A stretch of 64,000 bases of DNA from Caulobacteraceae bacterium (GTDB lineage: Bacteria > Pseudomonadota > Alphaproteobacteria > Caulobacterales > Caulobacteraceae): the NCBI GenBank assembly GCA_050729515.1, contig JBOHLG010000002.1:124352-188351 (forward strand), written 5' to 3'. This document shows positions 42,390 through 51,054 of the stretch, in pieces. Position 1 is the stretch's first letter; every line of letters begins with the position of its first letter. A program made the translations under genes and the position numbers. A model generated the notes under the pieces. The model saw only the letters and a program-made list of their open reading frames with translations. It did not search any database and was not told the origin of the DNA.

Positions 42390-42594
42390 AGATCGTCCCT
42401 AGTGGATCGTAGCAAACGGATGGTTCCCATCCGTTTGTGGTCCGATCCACGTCGATTCAAGGCTTTGTGGTGCGACTCCGGCTGGATCGCCGGGATGCGT
42501 TTGTTGGAGTCGCACAGCTAGTGGTCCTTCTGATTCCGACATTTGCCCGACGCGCGGTATCAGGCGGATGCAAATGTTGGAATCGGACCACTAG
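42384..42594. repeat. Three to four further members of the same hairpin-element family downstream of pit
   Basis: The elements read here are:
- CACTAG-agatcgtcc-CTAGTG (42384-42404);
- element C (42399-42450), with a perfect 11-bp stem CAAACGGATGG/CCATCCGTTTG;
- the hairpin GTGCGACTCC...GGAGTCGCAC (42469-42515);
- element D (42518-42594), CTAGTGGTCCTTCTGATTCCGACATTTGC...GCAAATGTTGGAATCGGACCACTAG, clearly homologous to element B. Confidence 0.7.
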
Positions 42595-42596
42595 CC

Positions 42597-43025
42597 GTGC
42601 CCCGGCCGAGAGACCAGGTCGGCGCCCTTCCCTGGCGGCGAGGGCCGGGACTTCAGGTCCTTCTGATCACCTCGCGGGAGACCGGCCGCTGGCTCATCCC
42701 CAAGGGCTGGCCGATGGCCGGCCTTTCCGACGCCGAGGCGGCGGCCCGCGAGGCGGCCGAGGAGGCGGGGGTCGAGGGCCGCATCGGCGAGGAGGCTCTG
42801 GGCGCCTACGCTTACGTGAAGTTCGCCAAGTCCGGCGAGGGTTTCGCCTGCAAGGTCCAGGTCTTCCCCCTCGAAGTCGAGCGCACGCTCGCCTCCTGGC
42901 GCGAAATGGGCCAGAGGCGGCTCTGGTGGACTTCGCCCGAGGAGGCCGCCGACTCCGTCCTCGAAAGGGGTCTCTCCCGCCTCATCCGGCGGTTTGCGAA
43001 AGGCTCTTCAACCGCCCGCAGCTGA
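42597..43025 (+). CDS. NUDIX-family hydrolase
   Basis: I trimmed the start to GTG 42597, immediately after repeat element D. It has the Nudix-box core REAAEEAGVEG preceded by IPKGWPMAG. Confidence 0.75.
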   Translation: MPRPRDQVGALPWRRGPGLQVLLITSRETGRWLIPKGWPMAGLSDAEAAAREAAEEAGVEGRIGEEALGAYAYVKFAKSGEGFACKVQVFPLEVERTLASWREMGQRRLWWTSPEEAADSVLERGLSRLIRRFAKGSSTARS

Positions 43026-43667
43026 AGCCGGGGGAGGACTCGAGGCGAGTTGCGCATTCGTCCAGGCCGCGATCTGCGAAAGGACCGTCGTGACGGCCTC
43101 GTCGAAGGCCCCGACCATGGCCCCGACCCGGTCCTCGCCGGCCGGTGTGCGGACCGCGAATCGTTTGGCGAAGGTCGTGGGCGCGCCGCCGATGCGCGAG
43201 AGGGAGGCGGCGACCTCGACCTCGATCACCGGGTTTCCGGTAAGATCGACATCGAAGCGCCGCACGTCGAGCTGCAGGCGCCACCTTGCCGGCGCGATTT
43301 CGCCCTCGGCCAGGAGCCGCGCCGCCCCGCCGCCCACCTGGCCCTGGCGCTCGAACGCGACATAGGCCGCCTGGCGAAACTGGTCGGAGGCCGTCGCGAC
43401 CCAGCGCGATCCGGCGATGTAGGCGGCCTGGCCGCCGTTGACGGTCAGGATGCGGTGGCCCTCGCTCTGCCTCGGAAAGCCGATGTCGCCGAGCACCACC
43501 CCGACCCCGCCCTCCTCCGCGGCGTTGGGGACCGGGGCGACCGAAACATGGGTGAAGCGCCAGAGCTGCGCCGGCGGCGTCTTGGGGAAGAACGACAGGC
43601 AGCCGGCAAGGCTCAGAGCGAAAAGAAGGGAAAGCGCCCCGAGCGCGAATTTGCCCGCGATCCTCAT
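43008..43667 (-). CDS. ABC-type transport auxiliary lipoprotein (DUF330-like)
   Basis: It has a lipobox (LSLAGC) after a signal peptide. It is the last gene of the Mla/MCE-like operon, with a 4-nt overlap with the MlaD-like gene. Confidence 0.7.
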   Translation of the reverse strand: MRIAGKFALGALSLLFALSLAGCLSFFPKTPPAQLWRFTHVSVAPVPNAAEEGGVGVVLGDIGFPRQSEGHRILTVNGGQAAYIAGSRWVATASDQFRQAAYVAFERQGQVGGGAARLLAEGEIAPARWRLQLDVRRFDVDLTGNPVIEVEVAASLSRIGGAPTTFAKRFAVRTPAGEDRVGAMVGAFDEAVTTVLSQIAAWTNAQLASSPPPASAAGG

Positions 43668-44602
43668 GGCTTCACCTTCACCTCTCGGGCCGGCGGCTCG
43701 GAAAGGAATCCGCGCGGGTTGGCCTGGATCGCGGTGAGCAACCGATCGAGATGGTCGCTCGCCTGCTTTATCGAAGAAAGGTCCTCGGTGAGCCGTGGCA
43801 GCCCCTGGGCGGCGAACTGGGCGGTCGGCCCCTTGAGGCTCGCCAGCAGGCCCTGGAGATCCTTGGCCGAGGCATCGATCTGCTTGGCCGCATCCCCGAT
43901 TTCGGTCAGGCTCGACTTGGCCGGCCCGTTGACCAGCGCGTTGCTGCTCTTGGCCAGATCACGCACCTGGGCCGCCGCCTCGCCGGCGTTGCGTACGGTC
44001 ACGTCGGCGTCTGCAATGATCGACTTGCGCTCGCGCAGCTCGGCGGTCACCGCCTGGACGTCGGAAAGCGTCGCCGAGAGGGTCTTGATGTTCTGATCGC
44101 TGAACAGGCGGTTGGCGCGATCGAGGAGATCGACCGTCCTTTGGACGATGAACCCCCCGCCGGCGAGAAGGTTGGCGATCGCCGAAGGGCGGCTCCCGAG
44201 CCGGGGGATGACGCCCCGGGGCACGGTGGTCTTGAGGAGGGGCCTGGTGGGCGTGCCGGCGGTGATGTCGATGTAGTTGACCCCGGTGATCCCCTGGGGT
44301 TCGAGGGTGGCGTAGGAGTCGGTTCGGATCGGCACGTCGGAGGTCACCTTGGCCCGGGCGATGACGAACTGCGGATCCTTGGGGTCGAGATCGATGTGGG
44401 TGACTTCGCCCACCTTGATGCCGTTGAAATGCACCTCGGCCCCCTTGGAGAGCCCGTTCACCGGACCCTTGAAGACGATGTCGTAGAGATCGTAGGACTG
44501 GGTGAACTGCGCCCCGGCCAGCCAGACGATGAAGACCAGCGCCCCGATCGCGATCGCGGAGGCGACGAGGCCGACCAGGGCGTAGTTGGCGTTTCGCTCC
44601 AT
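43664..44602 (-). CDS. MlaD/MCE-family substrate-binding protein
   Basis: I trimmed the start to ATG 44602 (MERNANYALVGLVASAIAIGALVFIVWL). The MCE domain reads YDIVFKGPVNGLSKGAEVHFNGIKVGEVTHIDLDP. Confidence 0.85.
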   Translation of the reverse strand: MERNANYALVGLVASAIAIGALVFIVWLAGAQFTQSYDLYDIVFKGPVNGLSKGAEVHFNGIKVGEVTHIDLDPKDPQFVIARAKVTSDVPIRTDSYATLEPQGITGVNYIDITAGTPTRPLLKTTVPRGVIPRLGSRPSAIANLLAGGGFIVQRTVDLLDRANRLFSDQNIKTLSATLSDVQAVTAELRERKSIIADADVTVRNAGEAAAQVRDLAKSSNALVNGPAKSSLTEIGDAAKQIDASAKDLQGLLASLKGPTAQFAAQGLPRLTEDLSSIKQASDHLDRLLTAIQANPRGFLSEPPAREVKVKP

Positions 44603-45447
44603 CAGGCCGCACCCTCGGCGGCACGGCCGCGCGCGCCCTTGAAGTAGCTCCGGGTCCAGGGGTGGTCGCTCCTCGCCACCTCGGCGACCGGTCCCATGGC
44701 GACGATCTTCCTGTCGGCGATCACCGCCACCTCGTCGGTGATTCGCCACAGACTATCGAGATCGTGGGTGATCATCAGCACGGTGAGGTCAAGACTCTGC
44801 GAAAGATCGGCGATCAGCTCGTCGAATCCGGCCGCGGCGATGGGATCGAGCCCGCTCGTCGGCTCGTCCAGGAAGAGGAGCTCGGGATCCAGCGCCAGGG
44901 CGCGGGCGAGGCTGGCGCGCTTCACCATCCCGCCGGAAAGCTCGGCGGGCTTCAGAGCCGCGGCCTCGGCGGGGAGGCCTGTCAGAGCGATCTTGAGCTC
45001 GGCGAGCTCGTCGATCTCTTTCCTCGAGAGCCGGGTGTGTTCGCTCATCGGGGCGGCGACGTTCTCCTTGACGGTGAGATTGGTCCACAGCGCCCCCTGT
45101 TGGAAGAGCACCCCCCAGCGCCGTTCGATGTCGCGCCAGGTCCGCCGCCTCGCCCAGGCGATGTCGTGGCCGAAGATCCGCACCAGCCCGGCTTCGGGCG
45201 CGCGAAGGCCGATGATGGTGTCGAGAAGCACCGTCTTGCCCGCTCCGGACCCTCCGACCAGCCCCACCACCTCGCCCCGGGGCACGGTGAGGTCCAGGCG
45301 CTCGTGGATGATCGTCTCGCCGATTCGCGTCACGAGCCCGCTCACCTCCACAGGCGGCGGCTCGCCGGCGTGGATCTCGCCGCCGAGATGGCGTCCCCGG
45401 CCGCGCCAGCGGCCTCGTTCCTCTTCCGCCGTCCCCTCGGCGCTCAT
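44602..45447 (-). CDS. ABC-transporter ATP-binding protein (MlaF-like)
   Basis: It has Walker A GGSGAGKT, signature LSGGMVKRASLARA and Walker B LLFLDEPTSGLD. Confidence 0.9.
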   Translation of the reverse strand: MSAEGTAEEERGRWRGRGRHLGGEIHAGEPPPVEVSGLVTRIGETIIHERLDLTVPRGEVVGLVGGSGAGKTVLLDTIIGLRAPEAGLVRIFGHDIAWARRRTWRDIERRWGVLFQQGALWTNLTVKENVAAPMSEHTRLSRKEIDELAELKIALTGLPAEAAALKPAELSGGMVKRASLARALALDPELLFLDEPTSGLDPIAAAGFDELIADLSQSLDLTVLMITHDLDSLWRITDEVAVIADRKIVAMGPVAEVARSDHPWTRSYFKGARGRAAEGAA

Positions 45448-45531
45448 CCCCCGAGCTCCCGCCAGCGCGGGCTCGCTCGCCCCCGGATCATTTGTTCAGT
45501 TCCCGCCGGCGCGGGCTCGCCCGCGGCCGGA

Positions 45532-46656
45532 TCATATGTTCAGCTCCATGTAGATGACCGCGAAGATGGCGTCGATCAGGATGGCCGCGAAGATGGCGTG
45601 GACCACCGAGGCGGTGACACGCCTTCCCAGGGATTCCACGTCCCCCCCCACATTGAGGCCCTGACGGCAGCCGATCCCGGCGATTACCGCCGCCATCACC
45701 GGCGCCTTGCTCATCCCGACCCAGAAATGGACGATGCCCACATTGTCGACGAGCCGTTGCAGGAACGCCGAGGGACCGATCCCGAGCTCGCCCCAGGCGA
45801 TCACCAGCCCCCCGAAAAGGCCGGCGAGGGTGGCGAGGAACACCAGCAGCGGGATGGTGAGGAGGAGGGCGGCGAAGCGCGGAAACACCAGGGCGTCGAA
45901 GGGATCGATCCCCAGGACCCGCATGGCGTCGATCTCCTGGTTCATCTTCATCGCCCCGATCTCGGCGGCGAAGGCCGAGCCTGACCGACCGGCCAGGAGC
46001 AGGGCGGTGACGAGCACGTTGAATTCGCGCATCACGCTCACCCCGATGAGCTCGACGCTGAACACCTGGGCCCCGAACTGGGAAAGAAGATTGGCCCCGA
46101 TGAGGCCCACCACCGCCCCGATGAAGAAGGTCGTGGTCACCACCACCGGGGCGGCGTCGAGCCCGGCCCGTTCGGCGAGCGCGAAGACCGCCGCCCACCG
46201 AATCCGGCGGGGGCGCCGAACCGCTCGCCAGATCGTGATGAGCAGATGGCCGTTGAAGACCAGGGTGTCGTAAAGCGCCAGCCCGGCGTCGACGACGCCG
46301 CGGCCCAGACGATCGAAGAAGGTGAAGAGGACGTCCGGGCGCTTGGCGGCCCGCACCGCCTTGGGGGCCGCCCCGGCGACGAGGTCTAGGAGCCGGGCGA
46401 TCTCGGCCGGCGCGGTGAAGTGCATCTGCCGGCCTGTGGCCCGGCCGGCCAGCAGCAGCCGGTAGGCCCCCGAGGTGTCGCACCGCCCCACATGGGTGAG
46501 ATCGACCTCTCCGGTCTTGGAGGCCTTCAACGCCGCTTCCAGCCGCTCGGCCGCTCCGGCCATCCCCGTCGCCGTCCAGTCGCCGGAAAGCTCGGCGATC
46601 TCGCCGGCCTCGCCCCCGGCGCCTTCTCGCATGGTGAAGTCGGCCGCCGCTCCCAT
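45532..46656 (-). CDS. MlaE-family ABC permease with an N-terminal STAS-like extension
   Basis: I trimmed the start to ATG 46656, which is uncertain; the alternative is 46632. The C-terminal part (...VTALLLAGRSGSAFAAEIGAMKMNQEIDAMRVLGIDPF...) is the MlaE signature. Confidence 0.85.
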   Translation of the reverse strand: MGAAADFTMREGAGGEAGEIAELSGDWTATGMAGAAERLEAALKASKTGEVDLTHVGRCDTSGAYRLLLAGRATGRQMHFTAPAEIARLLDLVAGAAPKAVRAAKRPDVLFTFFDRLGRGVVDAGLALYDTLVFNGHLLITIWRAVRRPRRIRWAAVFALAERAGLDAAPVVVTTTFFIGAVVGLIGANLLSQFGAQVFSVELIGVSVMREFNVLVTALLLAGRSGSAFAAEIGAMKMNQEIDAMRVLGIDPFDALVFPRFAALLLTIPLLVFLATLAGLFGGLVIAWGELGIGPSAFLQRLVDNVGIVHFWVGMSKAPVMAAVIAGIGCRQGLNVGGDVESLGRRVTASVVHAIFAAILIDAIFAVIYMELNI

Positions 46657-46902
46657 CGCCCCATGATCGGGCGCCTCCAGCGCTCCTGTCCAGAGCGCCG
46701 CCGCGCGAGGGACGATGTACCGCTTGGGCCCGAAGCAGCGTCTCCACCTCGAAGACTCGCCCCTTGCGGAAGAGGGTCTCCCCGAAGGGGCGGGCTGCGG
46801 CGTGGCGCTCGCCTCGCAGGCGAATCCTCTTGTCCTTTCAGCGAGGGCTATAAACGGGGGATGTCCCGGGGCGGCGCCGGGCATTGAGATCGGGGCGATT
46901 CC

Positions 46903-47520
46903 ATGAAGCGCAGAACATCATTTCTGGCGGCGGCGCTTGCGGCCGACGCAGTTGTCCTTGGCGCCGGCGCGGCCGGCGCGGCAACTATCACCTTCGGGAC
47001 CGCGAACTCTGGCGACTTCACCGGTCCGGTCACCGAGGCGGGGTTCACCTACGAGAAGCTTTCCGGCGGGCTCTTCGTCGCCGGCGTCGGCAATCCCAGC
47101 CCGGACATGGAGGGCGAGGAATCGGCGCGCGGAGGGGTTCTCGACTTCAAGGCGGCTGGCGGCGGAAGCTTCGATTTCGATCAGATCGACTACACCGCTG
47201 TGAGTTCCGAAACGGGCAATCAGACCCTCGAAGTCGAGGGTTTCGAAGGCGGGAACCTGGTGGCGACCGATTCCTTCACCCTGGCGAACACCACCGATTA
47301 TGCCTGGATGACCGAACTCGCCAGCGCGCTGGCCGGGCGGTCGATCGACGATCTCCAGATCACGCTCGCGGGCGGCGCAGACGGCTTTCAGGCGATCGAC
47401 AACGTGGTCCTCACACCCGTCTCGGGCGTTCCTGAGCCGGCGGCCTGGGCCCTTATGGTCCTGAGTTTCTTCGGCCTCGGCGGCGCGCTTCGCGCCCGCC
47501 GCTCCAGCGCTCTGGCCTGA
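46903..47520 (+). CDS. PEP-CTERM sorting-domain protein
   Basis: It has a signal peptide and the C-terminal VPEPAAWALMVLSFFGLGGALRARR (PEP motif, TM segment, basic tail). Confidence 0.8.
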   Translation: MKRRTSFLAAALAADAVVLGAGAAGAATITFGTANSGDFTGPVTEAGFTYEKLSGGLFVAGVGNPSPDMEGEESARGGVLDFKAAGGGSFDFDQIDYTAVSSETGNQTLEVEGFEGGNLVATDSFTLANTTDYAWMTELASALAGRSIDDLQITLAGGADGFQAIDNVVLTPVSGVPEPAAWALMVLSFFGLGGALRARRSSALA

Positions 47521-47602
47521 TCTGCCGCCTCGCGAAGCGGGGAGGGGGGCGCCGGGGCCTGGGTCCCGCCCCGCTCGCCCGCCAGGTGAATCCGCTTGCA
47601 CT

Positions 47603-48304
47603 TTGATGGGGCGGGGTAAACCATTGCCGCCCGAGTTCAGTGGCTGGGGTTTTACCGTGGTTGGGAGATCAGCTTTCGTCGCCGCCGCGATCGGCGCGCT
47701 CGGGCTTTCGGCCGGCGGCGCCCTGGGGTCGGCTTCGGCGGCGACCATCACCTTCGAAGCTGCGCCCTTCGGCCAGTTTTCGGGCCCGGCCACCGAGGCC
47801 GGCTTCACCTACAAGACCTTGTCGGGCTCGCTCTTCGTCGACGGCTTCGGCAATCCCGGCCAGGAAATGGAGGGCGCCTATACCGGCGGCGGCGTTCTCG
47901 ACATCGAGGACGCCGGCGGCGGCGACTTCACGTTCGACCAGCTCGACTACGCCGCCTATTCGACCGACGGAGCGGGCTCCGAGACCCTCGTGGTCCAGGG
48001 ATTCGAGGACGGCTCTCTGGTGGCGAGCGATTCCTACAGCCTATCGAACACCTCCAATGACACCAACGACACCTACGCCAACTGGACGACCGAATTCGCC
48101 AGCGCCCTCGCGGGCCAACGCATCGACGATCTCCAAATCACCTTGGCGGCCCAGGCTGGCGGCGACTACCCCCTCCAGGCGATCGACAATGTGGTCCTCA
48201 CCCCGGTTCCCGAGCCGGCGGCGTGGGCCCTGATGCTGGCCGGTTTCTTCGGCCTCGGCGGCGTCTTTCGCGCCCGCCGCTCCACGGGGGAAGCCCGCCC
48301 ATAG
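47603..48304 (+). CDS. PEP-CTERM sorting-domain protein, tandem paralogue
   Basis: It shares blocks with the previous gene: ATITF, TEAGFTY, GNP..MEG, GGVLD, FDQ.DY, IDDLQITLA and QAIDNVVLTPV. The C-terminus is PEPAAWALMLAGFFGLGGVFRARR. The start is uncertain (GTG 47657 is possible). Confidence 0.8.
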   Translation: MMGRGKPLPPEFSGWGFTVVGRSAFVAAAIGALGLSAGGALGSASAATITFEAAPFGQFSGPATEAGFTYKTLSGSLFVDGFGNPGQEMEGAYTGGGVLDIEDAGGGDFTFDQLDYAAYSTDGAGSETLVVQGFEDGSLVASDSYSLSNTSNDTNDTYANWTTEFASALAGQRIDDLQITLAAQAGGDYPLQAIDNVVLTPVPEPAAWALMLAGFFGLGGVFRARRSTGEARP

Positions 48305-48694
48305 CGCTCCCGCCCGGCGAAGCAGGGGGTGGGACTGGGAAGCGGTGGAGAGGGCGTGAATGGGGACTCTTTCCCCTTATTTCTTAAGTGGAGGAACGTT
48401 TGGTGATGGCCTGTCGGCCGGCCTCATCGATCGGGATCCGCCTCGCTCTCTGAGACGAGCACGATGTGCTGGTCGCGAGCCGCTCGCTCGGCGTGGTCCT
48501 CGGTCAGTCCGCGCAGCTGCTTCACGTACCAGGCGAGCGCCGCCCTGGGGTGAGGATCAGACGCTCCCCCTCCATCCCATAGTGGGCCGCGATCCCTTTC
48601 TCCTGGTGCGGCGCGAGGACCGGATGCGGCGCATCTCCAGCCGCACGCGCCGGTTCCACTCCTCGTCTTCTTGTCCGCCCGCCGGGTTCTTGAT

Positions 48695-49687
48695 TCAGAT
48701 ATCCAGTCGTTTCGCGACCCGATGCGTCATGGCCGCCAATCCGAGCGCCGCAAGCGCGAGAACCACGTCTTTGTGGCGATCGGTGAACATCTCCCAGCTT
48801 CGCGCCCGCGCCTCGCGGTCGAAACGGCCGTGCGCCGAATAATCGCCGGGAACCGGCTCGAATAGGTTGGCGGGGGCATGGGCCGCGGAAGGTTGGTCGG
48901 CGAGCTGGCCGGAATAGCCCGTCTTGGCGAGATAGCGATCAATCAGCCCCGGCGCAATGCGGTTGGCGAGGATCGCCCTGACCGTCGGCCATCCCAACCA
49001 GATGTCGCGACGCTTGTGCGTGGCGGCGAAAAAGATGGCGCGCGCGGCCACTTCGGGTTGGAAGATCGGCGCGACGGGCTTGGCCTTGCGGCCCATCTTG
49101 TTGAGCGCCCAATCGAACTGGGGCGTGTTGACCGCGGGCAGATCGACCATCGTCAGGCGCACATCGAGCCCGTCGTGGATGATCTCGGAACGAAGGCTAT
49201 CGGTAAACCCGCGGATCGCCGCCTTGGCGCCGCAATAAATGGATTGAAGCGGCACCGAACGATAGGCAAGCGCCGAGCCCACGTTGACGATGACGCCGCG
49301 ATTGCGCACCCGCATCCGCTTCAGCGCCGACATCATCCCGTGCACTTGTCCAAGATAAGTGACTTTGGTTCCCCGCTCGACCTCTTCGGCGGTCAGCTTG
49401 GAGACCGGAGAAAACACCGTCGCCATTGCAACGTTCACCCAGACATCGATCGGCCCGAGTTCCGCCTCGGCGCGATCAGCGGCCGCCTCCACCGCAGCGG
49501 CGTCGGCGACATCGGTGGGGATCGGCACCGCACGCACCCTTTGGCGGCGCACCTCGTCCGCGGCCTGGTCCAGCCGGGAGGCGTCGCGCGAAAGCAGCGC
49601 CACATCGAAGCCTTGCCGCGCAAATTCCTCGATCGTGGCGCGGCCGACGCCGGCCCCGGCGCCGGTAACCACCGCTACTTTCGCCAC
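48695..49687 (-). CDS. SDR-family oxidoreductase with a C-terminal hydrophobic tail
   Basis: I trimmed the start to GTG 49687, preceded by AGGAGAAGGG. It has VVTGAGAGVGRA and YCGAKAA. The C-terminal VVLALAALGLAAM looks like a membrane anchor. Confidence 0.85.
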   Translation of the reverse strand: MAKVAVVTGAGAGVGRATIEEFARQGFDVALLSRDASRLDQAADEVRRQRVRAVPIPTDVADAAAVEAAADRAEAELGPIDVWVNVAMATVFSPVSKLTAEEVERGTKVTYLGQVHGMMSALKRMRVRNRGVIVNVGSALAYRSVPLQSIYCGAKAAIRGFTDSLRSEIIHDGLDVRLTMVDLPAVNTPQFDWALNKMGRKAKPVAPIFQPEVAARAIFFAATHKRRDIWLGWPTVRAILANRIAPGLIDRYLAKTGYSGQLADQPSAAHAPANLFEPVPGDYSAHGRFDREARARSWEMFTDRHKDVVLALAALGLAAMTHRVAKRLDI

Positions 49688-49839
49688 ACCCTTCTCCTGA
49701 ATGTTCTCTCTCAAGTGAATGGGCTGGAGCGTGGTTCCGAGCCGATTGCACAATCGCTCACCAGAGGGAAACTTCGGCGCAGCGCGCCGTTTGATGCACC
49801 TCTTGGCTATCGGCGGGTCCGCGGGGACGGGCGAGGACG

Positions 49840-49984
49840 CCCCGCTTGGCACGATGATTTCGAAGGTCGGACCGGTGAACCAGATCGTTCCGTCGGGCGT
49901 CACCGCGATGTCGTTGGGCCAACCGAGCCGCCCTCCCCGATCGTGGATGACGACGGGCTCTCTGGCGCCTGGAAAGGATCGCTC
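49840..49984 (-). pseudogene. Possible SMP-30/gluconolactonase-like gene fragment
   Basis: The minus-strand frame, open only from 49984, reads ERSFPGAREPVVIHDRGGRLGWPNDIAVTPDGTIWFTGP. This resembles the ..PNDxxVdxdGxIWFTDP.. blade motif. There is no start codon, and similarity is lost after about 40 aa. Confidence 0.25.
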
Positions 49985-50010
49985 TTAGAACCTCCTCGAA
50001 GGTTCTTCGA

Positions 50011-51054
50011 GTGAGGCTGGTTGGAATGGCTCTCGGCGCTCGGCGGCGCGGTCATCCTCTTCGGGGGAGGGCGCGGGTCCGACTGTTGGGGCTGGCCCTT
50101 CCTTTGCCGATGCTCGCCGGCTGCAAGACCCATTTCAGCTTTCTCGATCCGCAAGGTCCGATCGCCGCCGCCCAGGCCTGGCATTTCTACTGGGTTCTGG
50201 GGATCATGGCGGTCCTGGTGGCCGGGCCGATCTTCCTCCTGCTGCCCTTCTTCGCCTGGCGCTACCGCTACGGGGCGAAATCGCCCCGCCTCCTGCCCAG
50301 GCCGCGCTACACGCCCAAGTGGGAGAGTTTCCTGCCGCTCGAGATCGCCTCCTGGGGCGGACCGATCCTGATCGTCGCGGTGCTGGCGTTCTTCGTCTGG
50401 CGCGATGCGCACCGGCTCGATCCCTACAGGCCCCTGGCTTCGGCTCAGCCGCCGCTGCGCGTCCAGGTGATCGGCTACGACTGGAAGTGGCTCTTCATCT
50501 ATCCGGACCAGGGCGTCGCCAGCGTCGGGGTGATGGCCATGCCCGTGGGGCGCCCAGTAGCGATGCGGCTGACCAGCGCCACGGTGATGCAGTCGTTCTT
50601 CATTCCCGCTCTGGGCAGCCAGATCTACGCCATGGGCGGCATGGTCACCCAACTCCATCTCGAGGCCGCAAGGACCGGGCGGTTCCTGGGCGAGAACACG
50701 ATGTACAGCGGCGACGGCTTCCATCACGAGCATTTCACCGCCGTGGCGATGTCGCCCGACCGGTTCGGGGCGTGGGTCCGCAGAGTAAAGGCGGACGGTG
50801 TTCCGCTGAACGCCGCCGTCTACCAGGCGCTGTCCCGGCGCGGGGTTCGCGAACAGCTCCTCGCCGCCTTGCCGCCGTCCACGCACAACGACGGCGATGT
50901 CTACCTGAAGGACGTTTCGGCGTCCCTCTTCCCCGCGGAGGTCGAGGCGACCAGAAATGGAACCGGGATCTCGCTCGCCGGCCCTGCGACGGAGCCGCCG
51001 CCGTCACGGGCAGGACCGAAGTCGGCCGCCCCGCCGATGGGGAAGACGCCGTGA
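50011..51054 (+). CDS. cyoA: Cytochrome o ubiquinol oxidase subunit II
   Basis: It has a lipobox (PMLAGC), two TM segments, and DWKWLFIYPDQG...SATVMQSFFIPALGSQIYAMGGM with no CuA ligand set. It is followed by cyoBCD. Confidence 0.85.
   Translation: MRLVGMALGARRRGHPLRGRARVRLLGLALPLPMLAGCKTHFSFLDPQGPIAAAQAWHFYWVLGIMAVLVAGPIFLLLPFFAWRYRYGAKSPRLLPRPRYTPKWESFLPLEIASWGGPILIVAVLAFFVWRDAHRLDPYRPLASAQPPLRVQVIGYDWKWLFIYPDQGVASVGVMAMPVGRPVAMRLTSATVMQSFFIPALGSQIYAMGGMVTQLHLEAARTGRFLGENTMYSGDGFHHEHFTAVAMSPDRFGAWVRRVKADGVPLNAAVYQALSRRGVREQLLAALPPSTHNDGDVYLKDVSASLFPAEVEATRNGTGISLAGPATEPPPSRAGPKSAAPPMGKTP

Noticed and set aside
48360-48694. ORF 48360..48842 (+), and a possible frameshifted minus-strand gene remnant (..APHQEKGIAAHYGMEGERLILTP / AALAWYVKQLRGLTEDHAERAARDQHIVLVSESEADPDR).
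   Set aside because: The plus-strand ORF is R/S-rich and overlaps the SDR gene end. The minus-strand pieces need at least one frameshift, have no start, and I cannot assign them to any family. They may be a pseudogene, but that is unsupported without a database search.
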